In this document: piece by piece, positions 1-10,613 of the stretch | How positions within the stretch are numbered: the stretch's first letter is position 1 | How the letters are laid out: the number at the start of each line of letters is the position of its first letter | Origin: Selaginella moellendorffii | Taxonomy: Eukaryota; Plantae; Lycopodiophyta | Reading direction: 5' to 3' | DNA length: 64,000 bases | NCBI RefSeq assembly: GCF_000143415.4 | Contig: NW_003314261.1 | Coordinates: forward strand, 2,060,117 to 2,124,116 | The notes under the pieces: generated by a model | What the model was told of the DNA's origin: nothing | The model's database searches: none | Seen by the model: only the letters and a program-made list of their open reading frames with translations | Translations under genes and position numbers: made by a program

Positions 1-298
1 TTAACACCAAGAGCAAGAGGAGTTATACCATATGCTGTGAATGCTACCATCAACTAAGTGTGGTTGTTTAATTGCAATTGCATTGCATCAAACAATTGCA
101 CCAATTGCTGCTCCAGAGTTAAAGGACGAGATTATTACTCTGCCGTGAAGATGAATAAAAAGGAAAAAACAAAAGAAGGGAAATGATAAAAAAACTAGAA
201 GGAAAGGGAGATTTAGACAATGGAAAAGTTAGATCTAAACCAAAGTCCTGAAAGGAAAGAACAAAATAAAGGAAATTGGAAAAAACTAAATTTAGACA
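1..298 (-). mobile_element. Degenerate fragment of the Ty3/gypsy family at 6057-10317 (leader plus 5' gag), reverse orientation, runs off the window edge
   Basis: The reverse complement aligns by eye to ~6303-6598, e.g. AACTCTGGAGCAGCAATTGGTGCAATTG vs AACTCTAGAGCAGCAGTTGATCCAATTG. Confidence 0.85.
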
Positions 299-303
299 AC
301 TCA

Positions 304-466
304 CTCTTGTATATAAATTATAGTTTTTGGGCTAATTGATATGCATATTTTTTGTATTCCCTTTCTATATTCCAAACACTCACATTGGTGGAGGTGAGAG
401 GTACCTTTCATTGTTCTTGAGGAGTGCTTGGATTTGGGATTTTGGTTTAAATTTAGCTTTTGTATC
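304..466 (+). mobile_element. 3' part of LTR, PBS and leader of the same gypsy family
   Basis: Matches ~6141-6302: ...TTCCAAACACTCACA (ends 384), then TTGGTGGAGGTGAG PBS and GATTTTGGTTTA leader. Confidence 0.85.
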
Positions 467-1658
467 ACAGCTCTTAAATAATAAATAAACTTAATAATAT
501 TAAGTAAAAATACTCAAATATAAAAATAAAATTAATTTAGATGAATATATTGAATTTTTAGTTTGTTGGGGAGTAGATATACCTAGAATATATTTAGATA
601 TTTTGGGATATTCTACCATCTAATAGATGTTATTCATTTAAAATAAACTTGTAGTTATAGTTATAAACCTTTCTGGTATATACTAGTCTATTCTACAGTC
701 TTATGTGATAAAATTAATCTTGTAACTATCAAATGGATAAATAAATAATATTAAAATATTATTAAGTAAACCAAACATTGCTAAATACAAATAGCATATA
801 GTATGCTTATATACTAAACTCTATTGCATATCATATTCTTCATTCTGCACATTATTTACAAGATTTGACAAATTAATAACCTATACAGCATTGCATAATA
901 TCATTCTTAAATAAAGTATTTTATTAATATCAAATCCTATATCTTTTATATTTTTAATATTAATTTTGAATTAAATATAGTTTATAATTTTGAACATAGT
1001 TGTAATTTAATACTTATATGTATAGTTATACTAAGGTCCAAGTTCTGTTTTAAAGTTTTTGTTTATATGTTAAATTAGAGTAAATATAAAATTTTCATAT
1101 CTTCCCAAAACATAATTTTATTAATTCTTGTAACTACAAGAAAGGTAATACATATACATACATATATTTATCAACTTTACATCTATAATTTCTAAAATTA
1201 GATAACTTTACAATTCATGGCAATATATGCTCTTCTAATTTCTATTACATTTGAAATTTTATCAGGTTAATATTTTGTGCATACAACCATGATACATTCA
1301 AAATGTTGCAGATTGGCTTTTATTTAAATTTCTCAACTGCAAAATTAATAGATAAGATATATGTAGCAAATTATTTTCTTATAGAATACATAATATTACT
1401 ATATTTACAAGATTAATTAATTACTTAATACCATTTCCATATTAATATAAATTTGAAAAGTTCTTTTTTATCTCTATGATTTCTTTTTTTTTTCTTTCCA
1501 GCCATATTTCACTAAAAAATGAACCTAGTACATGTAACAGAAAAACATTTTGCCATAACAAATTACTAAATATAAGTTGTAGATATTGTTTAATTTCTTG
1601 GGTAAAGCCAAATAAGTGACAAAAATTATGGAATATCAACTTAATATTATCAACTGTT

Positions 1659-1776
1659 CCAAAGAGGGAATGATGTGAGTTTGCATGCTATTATAATAGG
1701 GCCACACTCCTATATATAAGTTGAGGATTTTGGGCTAATCCAATGTGCACATTTATGCACACATTTATGACTCACA
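1659..1776 (+). mobile_element. PPT plus short related LTR (TGTGAG...CTCACA, 1674-1776)
   Basis: CCAAAGAGGGAATGA|TGTGAG mirrors CCAAAAGGGGGGGGATGA|TGTGAG at the 3' LTR (10143). The internal CTCCTATATATAAG...TTTGGGCTAAT...TGCACATTT is shared with the family LTR. Confidence 0.65.
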
Positions 1777-2033
1777 AGCGCACATACACACATACACACA
1801 CATATATATTAGTATTAGTATGTATACATAAAAAGTCCAATTACTTCCTCTATAACTTACAATTCATTAATTCATTAATGTACATTTTACAATATTACAA
1901 AAACTTTTTTTTTCTTTCGAAGATTTTCTTTTTGTACTGCTATTCTTGCTATAAGAAAGTTTTGTAATAGGAAATGAACCATCATACCTGCTCGAACTGG
2001 CCTCATTTTTCCAGTTGGCATGATCCACCAAGA

Positions 2034-3653
2034 TTAAGCTGCAGGTGATCTGACACATGCACAACAATCTCAAACCCAAACGGAGCAAAAGTGGCAAACT
2101 ACCTTGGTATTGAGTGTAATTACTGGGATCAAAGTTGGTCACAGCTTCTCCACCATTGCAACGAACAGCCGCAAGATCATATGCTCTGCATAAGATTTGA
2201 GGCAATCATATAAATCAAACTCAACACAAAGGAATGTAGATTTTCTAGCATTTTACCTCGCCGCATCTTCCTCGGTGTTGAAAAGCCCCAAGTAGATGTA
2301 TCTGGCGCAAAACCAAGAAAAGAGTCGTGAGTTAGTTATGTTTCCGGGGCCCAAACTCACTTCTTTCCAAGGAACTGTCCCATTCTTGCCTCCCACCTTC
2401 CACATTTATGCAAAGTCACCCCGCGATACTTAGAGCTGCCACGAGAAAAGCCGGTGCTCTGGCGGCGAAGTATATGCACAAACTCTTCCTTGGAGAGCGA
2501 GGACATCTATAAAAGTCAGGAGTTTCCATCAGCACTATAAACAACTCTTGAAAGTAAAGCAAGAGAAAAGAAAGTGTAACTTGCCTGCTTGATTTCCTCT
2601 TGGTAGTCACTTAAGTTGAAGTTGATGTCGGCATCCATGCCACGGAATTTAATTGCAGCCTTGTCGTAAGCTCTGCAGAATTTACAGTACGTAGGATCTC
2701 TCTATTATTTGTGCTTTCCAAGTTCGAGCGCTTGAAAAGCTTACCTGGCGGCAGCGTGAGCTGTGTCAAAGCCACCTGGGAAAAGAAATGACACCCATTA
2801 GCTAGCAGCGTCGGGAGAATAAATGGATCGAAGCTCACCGAGATAAACCTGCTTTCCCGTGTCCCTTGAAAACAAAAGACCAAGCGAGCCGAAAAGCAAA
2901 AGTGAGAGAACTTTCATGATAGCCAGGAACTTTCGCTCACCATATGTGTGATTCCCATCGTCCAGTTCGCCTGTAGAAGGTCACGCCTCGGTACTGTGAG
3001 CTCCTGGATCTCGGACCGCGTCGACTTTTCTTCGCTGGAGCTGGAGCTGGTGGAGGAGGAGGAGCACTGACTGGATCGAGCAGCTCCAAAGTAATGGCAT
3101 CGATGCAGCCGAACTGACGCTTCCCCATCATTGCCGTGCTGATCATACGACTCTCGTCCTTCCCAATGTCTGCTGCTGTTGCAAAGATCGCTGGAGAAGC
3201 GTTTGCGAAGAGTGGCTCCAAAGGGAGAAACTGGCGTGTGATGAAGAGAGGGAACTCCTCAGCTTCACTTTCAGAGCTTCCTGGATCCGCAGCAGCCACA
3301 TCCAGAAGGAGAGAAGCATCGCTCTCGCTCCCAAATTGATCGCAGGGAGTTGCCGGAGCGCAAGAATCGGTGGCCAGCAGTAGAGGGTCCTTGGAAGTCA
3401 TGCCATCTCCGGTATCCTCGGACTCGGATAAGCTGCTGGTGGCTTGCGCTGCTGGGTTGACCACACCCGAGCTGGAAGTTCCGGACAAGCACTCCTGGGA
3501 CGGCTTCTCTTCAATACTATCCAGATGTTCTTCGCTCTTCTTCTTGTCGGACAAAGCTTCTTCATAATCGGAGAACTTGCCTTTGGTCACTTGAGCTTCG
3601 GTGGTACTATAGTCATCTTCTTCCATCGCGGGCTGGAGATTTAAGTCCAACAT
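2034..3653 (-). CDS. AP2: APETALA2-like (euAP2) double-AP2-domain transcription factor, multi-exon
   Basis: N-terminal MLDLN motif. Exons give [31 protein letters not shown] / DTGKQVYLG / [10 protein letters not shown] / [11 protein letters not shown] / [45 protein letters not shown] / YIYLGLF / [11 protein letters not shown]. The 3' end is uncertain: stop at 2034 if the acceptor at 2039 is used, or 1867 if unspliced. Confidence 0.92.
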
Positions 3654-4193
3654 GATGATATCGTAGCACTTGAGCCAAGATCTGGTGAGGATTTTTAGTA
3701 CTATTTCTATGCTTTAAGCTTGGAAACCACCTATAATATAGCAAATTTTCTCTCTCGTAACTATATAGCTAATAGATAGATAGATAGATAGAGATAGCTT
3801 TAAAAGCTCTGGGTTACCAGATAGCCGCGGTTGATTCTCTAGTACCTCCCATTGGGCGCCAGAAGAAGAGAACGTTCAAACCCTGCGGAGTTCTCACGCG
3901 AGCGGTCATTGTTGACGTTGTCGTAGAGAAAACTATGAGATCACGGGATTTCGCGACCATAATTTTCCAGCGCCAAAGCGACTCAACCCCGAAATATCGC
4001 GAAATATCGATCTTCCGAGGTGGAATTCGAGAACCGTGACAAACCTATCGATTTCCAGGCGCTCGATTGTCAGGGAAAGAGAAATACGAGAAAGAAACGG
4101 TAGTACCACCGCGACGGCGCAGGCGCTGCGATTGCGCTGCGCGCAGTGGCCGCAGATCGCTGTCAAGAAAGAGATGCCCGCTCGCTCACTCGC

Positions 4194-4216
4194 CTCTCTC
4201 TCTCTCTCTCTCTCTC
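4194..4216. repeat. (CT/GA)n microsatellite upstream of AP2, possible GAGA (BBR/BPC) element
   Basis: Pure dinucleotide run ~550 bp upstream of the AP2 start. The regulatory role is inferred. Confidence 0.6.
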
Positions 4217-6056
4217 GCCTTCGTCGCTCAAGCTGGAAGCGAATCAGCTTTAAAACCAACGGGAAAGATGAGAAAAAGATGGACCGACGTGTACATACCT
4301 TCCACCGTTGAGTTAAGGTGATCTTGGCCGTGGGATGCCGATTTTACCAGTACATAGTTTATTCGTTATCGATTCTAATGAATTATTCAATGGCCTCCAA
4401 GACTTTGAAAGTTTGAAGTCATGGATTGGTACTCCAAGTTTACGCTTTTTCGATGGAAGATTAAATAGATTGCTTTAGCTATTGACACATTGAATAAGAC
4501 CTTGAGATAGAAGAGAAATATTTTAAAGGGGTTGAGCACTAGCGACTCGTGTCATTATTTTGATTCTATTCTTTACTTTCAACAAATGAACAAGAGGATC
4601 ACCGACAGATATCCATTATATATATGACCAGAATTATCACTATACTAGTATTTGCCGAGAAAATGTTGGGTGGTTGGGAAAGCCTTCCACCACCAACACT
4701 CATACTTTGTTTGTATGAGTCGAAGGTTTTTACACAAAAGTTAATGGCAATAAAGAGATAAATTACTTTTTAAAGAATATACCTAAAATATCCAAGCATA
4801 TTCTAGGATATTGCCTAAACTTTAAAGAAACATTTTCCTTAGTAAATATTTTCATGTGCTTCGGACATTACAAAATTGAAAAAACAATTGCTTTAGGTAC
4901 CTTTTACAAGGTGCACAGCCTTGTAATCTAAATATACTTGAAGTTAGTATATTAATCAAAATTTACAATGTACCAATACATCACCAAAATGGCTATGCCA
5001 TCATCCTTCTGGTGCACCCTTCCTTCAAGCTCGCTCTGCTCTCTTACCGGCATTATACCTATTGGCTTAAGGCTTTGTCCATGACTAATTGCTCTTGAGA
5101 ATCAAGTTGAGCCAGAGGAGCTCTAGCCAAAACATATATTGCTTCCCCTGCCCAATATGGAGCAATCATATGGTAAAGGGTGTAAGATAATCTGAACTTT
5201 AAATTTCATGTTACTCAAAGACTTACACATCAGGTTTTGATGTAGGCACTTCTTTCTTTGGAAGTGTGTCTGAAACCTCTTCTTTTGTAGGTTAGCATTT
5301 GGAATGGGAAAAACTAGAGCATATAATTGCTTTACCATCTTACACCCTTTTGGATAATCATATAAGCGCTACCTTGCATACTTTAGCCATGTAGATCTAA
5401 AGTTCGTTTGACCAATAAATCTAAACTTAAGTCTAGAAAACGCACGAAATTAAAATAAACCACCAATGCAAATGAAAGTAATTTTATCTTTATGCAAGTA
5501 TACCACTTACAAAAGGTATTGGAGAAATGTCCAGAAGTTATATATACACAACCTACCAAAAACTAATGCTTACTGAAATAGATAACTTATTAAACTACAA
5601 AAATATAAAAACTCAAAAGCAAACCAAGTGTTGCTACTTGTTACACAGCATAGAAAATTACTATGAGCTTCTAAATTAAATCTTAATTATTGAGAAATAT
5701 TATTTTCACTTTAGAAATTATCTTTCAAAAAAAACCATAGTTAGATTTATTCTGTTTTGAAACAATTAACCTGGTATCAGTCAATATATTCTTAATACCA
5801 TTTTCTAATTTTTCTCTACAAATTAATATTAATGTTTCTTTCTAATTATTTTTTTAAAAAAAATTAACTTCTATAAAGAGTAGACATTCATAGAACTCCA
5901 ACCCAACTAAAACCCTTTACAGACTGAGAACAATATTACTTTTCAGAGGGGATGAACACAATGGTTTTCTTATATTAATGCCATATATAGATTTAAGCTG
6001 TACTTTACCATGGATGTCTATTAAGAAAGGAAAAATTATAAGTTTAAATTTTTAAT

Positions 6057-6220
6057 TGTGAGGGCCTAAGATGCTATATACTAATATTAGCATAGTGGGA
6101 TTTTGGTAGCCGTCAGATTGGTTTCAATCCAGACTACTTGCTCCTGTATATAAGCTAGGGTTTTTGGGCTAATTGATATGCACATTTCTGTATTCCCTTT
6201 CCATATTCCAAACACTCACA
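6057..6220 (+). repeat. 5' LTR (164 bp)
   Basis: TGTGAGGGCC...CACTCACA, a direct repeat of 10143-10317 with a ~11-bp deletion. Confidence 0.93.
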
Positions 6221-6451
6221 TTAGTGGAGGTGAGGGGCATCTTTGATTGTCCCTAAGGAGTGTTTGAATTTGGGATTTTGGTTTAGATCTAGCTTTTGCA
6301 TCGTCTAGATCTAGCTTTTTCCATTTCCTTTCTTTTGTTCTTCCCTTTCAGGATTTTGGTTTAGATTTAGCTTTTTGCATTGTCTAGATCTCCCATTTCC
6401 TTTTTGTTTTTTTGTCATTTCTCTTCTTTTGCTCTTTCTTTGTCTGTCTTT

Positions 6452-7384
6452 ATGGCAGATCAGCAATCTCCTCCATTAACTCTAGAGCAGCAGTTGATCC
6501 AATTGCTTGATGTTATGCGCTTGCAATTGAACAACCGAACTCAATTGATGGCAGCATTCACGGCACGTGGTCCAACTCCTCCTGCTCTTAGTGCCAATCC
6601 TCGCGTTCGGCCAGAGTTCTTTCGAGGGAATCCTAGGGATGATGTGTACCATTGGTTTGATCACTTTACAGTGATTGCCACATATCATTCATGGGATGAT
6701 GCTCGACGTTTGCGTGAGTTTCCCACGTGTCTCCAAGGGACGGCATTGCAGTGGTACAATGGATTGAGTGCGGCCACTCATGGGGATTGGAGTGTTCTTC
6801 CAAACGTCTTCAAACGCACCTTCGGACATGCTGATGATTGTGACGATGCCTTCCAACAATTGCATCATCTTCGTCAAGGGCCATTTGAGTCGGTGATGCA
6901 ATTTGGCGTTCATTTCCGAAGTCTTTTGCTTCATGCGGAGCCCAATATGTCAGAGCGGATCAAGCTAGGAATGTTGTGGCTAGCACTTCATCAAGATCTT
7001 GTCAGCCTTGTGCATGCACTTGCTCCTGCCACTCTTGACAATGCTCTTCGCTTGGCATAACGTTATGAGACATCGCCTCTTCCACTTCTTGCTGCACGTC
7101 CTTCCGCTCCACTTCCTATGAGTGATGGTCTTGTTCCAATGGAGGTTGATGCTGCTACTGTTTGCGTCCAAGGACAAGGGCGAGGACGTGGACGTGGCCG
7201 TGATGTTCATTGCTGGGTGTGTGATGAAGTTGGTCATACTTATTGGCGTTGTCGGTGCTTTCCAGATTGGCGACCTCCATTTCCTGGATGGAGACCTTGG
7301 CGTCAGCAACGTCCCATTGGTGTTGTTGCAGTTGAAGGTCTGGACACTGAGATGCATCCGGAAAACGAGGAGTCACATGAGTAA
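6452..7384 (+). pseudogene. gag (retrotransposon capsid plus CCHC zinc knuckle), interrupted by a stop at ~7058
   Basis: PEFFRG..DVYHWFDHF..LQGTALQWY..LRQGPFESV; CWVCDEVGHTYWRC knuckle. Confidence 0.85.
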
Positions 7385-7561
7385 TGGAGGGACCTTGCGC
7401 AAATAAGTCAATGACCCCTTCATTTTTCTTTCGGGAGTATTATCAAGGGGTTCACTTAGCACCAGTTCATCTAGTGTTTACTTTCCAAGCTCGTTTTTAT
7501 AACAAGAGGTCTTCTATTATTCTTTCCATGTTGGTTTATACATGTTCGAGTTTATCTTCTA

Positions 7562-10110
7562 TTGCTCAACCTCCCTCTTCCTCACACTGCTAATCTCTTG
7601 GATCGTCTAGGGCGAAGTCATTGGTTCACCAAGCTAGATCTTGCTTCTGGGTACTGGCAAGTACCGATGGCCGAAGAAGATATTCCTAAGACTGCTTTTC
7701 ATACACCATTTAGTTTGTACGAGTTCTTAGTGATTCCGTTTGATTTGAACAATGCTCCAACAACTTTCCAGCAGATAATGGACAAGGTTCTTTGTGATAT
7801 GCTAGAGGTGACTACTAACTTCATTGATGATGTCTTGATTCACTCGGAGGGGATGTGGGAGGAGCACGTTCATAATGTTTGTAAAGTGTTGGATCGGCTA
7901 TGCGATGTTGGTTTAAAGCTGAAGCAGTCGAAGTGCGTGTTTGGGTCCAAGGATACAACTTATATTGGGTACTGTATTTCTCATAAGGGTTTGCAAGTTG
8001 ATCCTGACAAACTTGTGGCTGTTTTAAAGTTTCCTACTCCGAAGTGTGTGAATGATGTGCAGCGCTTCTTGGGCAAGGTGCAGTATCTCGGTCGTTTTGT
8101 GGATCATCTTTTTGATTGCACTACACCGTTGCGAGCATTGCTGAAGTCATCAACATCATCTTTCATCTGGTCTTCAGATTGTGAGCGGGCGTTCAGGGAT
8201 CTCAAAGAGCTATTGACGACTCCTCCGGTTTTGGCATATCCTAACTACACTTGACCTTTTATTTTGCGTGTGGATGCTTCTGACATTGGTCTTGGAGGTG
8301 TGTTGATGCAAGAGAGCTCGAGTGTGTCTGGTCAGCGCCATCCTATTATGTATATAAGCCATACATTACAACTAGTGGAAACTACTCCATGACAGAGAAG
8401 GAGTGTTTAGCAACAGTTTGGGGTTTCGAGAAACTTCATGCATATCTACATGGTTCTCAGACGTTACTTGAAGGTGATCATGCTGCTGTTACTTCATTAT
8501 TAAAGTAGAAAAACCTAGTTGGTCGTACTACTCGATGGGCTTTGAAACTTTAGATATATGATTTTGATGTTGTTCATCGCCCAGGGAGTTCTATGGCTGA
8601 TGCTAATGCCCTTTCTCGAGCTCCTCTTTCTTCTCCATTCTCTTCTCATGTTTCTGACGAGCCTGTTGTTCCAGCCTCTGTGGATTTTCTAGACGAGGAT
8701 TCTATGCCGTCGGCAGTTACTGTACTTGACGTTCAGTGTCCACAAGGCGCAGAGCAAGATCTACCTTCTCTTGATGAGGTTCACGAGGCTCAAAAAATTG
8801 AGCCGTGGATTCGAAGGCTTCGAGATGGGTTTGAAAATCCTGCATCACTTGCTGATGACTTGCCTTTCCGGCATTTACATTCTCAATATCACCTTGAAGA
8901 CGGGCTTCTTTATTTTGTGGGGACGGATCTTAATAATCATTTACGGCTGGTGGTGCCTTCTATTTTTATTCCGCGGTTTCTCCATGCCTACCATGATTCT
9001 TCTGTTCTAGGAGGGCATATAGGACATCATCATGTAACCGAGAAGTTGCGCAGGTCTTTCTATTGGCTGGAGATGGGACGTGATATTATCTGGTATGTGC
9101 GTAGCTGCGTTTGGTGCCAAGCTCATAATACTCCCCCTCAAGCTGCAGAAGGATAGTTGGGGTTAATTGTAGTTTCCTGTCCGTTTGAGTTGGTGGCATT
9201 TGATCTTATGGGACTTCCACGGTCAACTACTGGCAATGAGTATATTATTATTACTTCTGAGTACTTGACTTGTTAGGTGGAAGTTGGTGCTCTTGTGAAC
9301 GCCTTTGCAATTGCTGTTGGATACTTCCTCCTCAATCGAGTGGTGTTCCAGCATTCTTGTCTAGAGCGGATTCTTTTGGATAATGGTCCCGCATCTATGG
9401 CTGAGGCATTTCATGTTTTGACGTCTCAGTTGGGGATACGCCACACTTTCACAAGTGCTTATCATCCACAATCAAACGGTCTGGTGGAACGGCTCGTTCA
9501 GACATTCAAGGGGATGATTGCGAAGTATGTGAACTTTCAGTATTCGGATTGGGATGGTTATTTGCCGTCTCTTTGGTATGCATATATCACAGAGGTGCAA
9601 AGTTCTGTTGGTGCTTCACTATATAAACTCCTATATGGTCATGATCCAATATTACCAACAAAGCTAGGTTTACCTTCGCAATTGCCATGAGCTGCGAATG
9701 CTAGGTTGTATTTGACGAGCATTCTTCCACTTGTCCGAGCGGAGTCTGCCGAACACTTAGGCCGCGTACAAGTGGGACAACGACAATACAACTCCCATCA
9801 TCATGCACCTGCAGAGTACAAAGTGGATGATTTGGTGTTAGTTCATTTTCCCCATCTTACGGTACGTGGTTTATCTAAGGGGCTCCTTACACAGTGGAAA
9901 GGACTGTATCACGTGTTGTGGCAAGTTGGACCACAAGTGTATGAGGTTCAGCATGACATCTAGCAAGCCGATCCTCCAAAGATTGTGCATGTGCAGTGGT
10001 TAAAATGCTTCATACAAAAGGATCAGGAGCAGTTAATACCACTTACATATCCTCCGATGCATCCTCCTAATGTTCCTCTAGATACCGGCCTGTTTACAAG
10101 AGAACCTTGA
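7562..10110 (+). pseudogene. pol remnant: reverse transcriptase, RNase H, integrase
   Basis: RT FTKLDLASGYWQV, KTAF.TPF.LYEF, FIDDVLI. RNaseH VDASDIGLGGVLMQ...ADALSR. INT H..GGHIG...FYW...VRSC..CQ and AYHPQSNGLVER. Confidence 0.9.
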
Positions 10111-10142
10111 TGGTCTTCTATTATTCCAAAAGGGGGGGATGA

Positions 10143-10317
10143 TGTGAGGGCCAAGTGTACGGCTACGATGCTGTATACTAATATTAGCATAGTGGGATTT
10201 TGGTAATTGTCGGATTGATTTTAATCTAGACTACTTGCTCCTGTATATAATCTAGAGTTTTTAGGTTAATTAATATGCACATTTCTGTATTCCCTTTCCA
10301 TATTCCAAGCACTCACA
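10143..10317 (+). repeat. 3' LTR (175 bp)
   Basis: Follows the polypurine tract AAAAGGGGGGGGATGA and ends CACTCACA. Confidence 0.93.
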
Positions 10318-10613
10318 TAATTAGATTAGGATTTAACAGTTTTAATAAAAATTAATTAAAATAATTCTGCATTAGGACTCTACAATCTAATTACTTCTTA
10401 ATAATAATGTATAGTATTACTATATCAAACGAAAATTCCGCTTTTGTTCTTTTTTTGTTCTCTCCAAAGCGAAAAGAAAAAAGGAAACCGGTTCAAAAGA
10501 CATAGCTACACTTTGCCTTTTGCAAGAAAAACCAAAAAGAAAAAAGAAAATTATAAAGATAAAAAATAGACCAAAACTCACCTGTGCACCACATTTTCCA
10601 CTCGCCCATAAAC

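Larger units (their letters stand above)
6057..10317 (+). mobile_element. Ty3/gypsy LTR retrotransposon, structurally delimited but decayed and non-autonomous
   Basis: LTRs at 6057-6220 and 10143-10317 (TG...CA), TAAT on both flanks, PBS at 6221, PPT before 10143. Domain order is gag, RT, RNaseH, INT. Many in-frame stops. Confidence 0.95.

Noticed and set aside
304-1776. LTR+PBS at 304-405 and PPT+LTR at 1659-1776 as one TRIM-like element
   Set aside because: The two LTRs differ too much in sequence and length to be a pair, and the left piece is explained by the inversion.
4900-5400. Coding-like stretch upstream of the gypsy element
   Set aside because: Only short ORFs with no identifiable motif.
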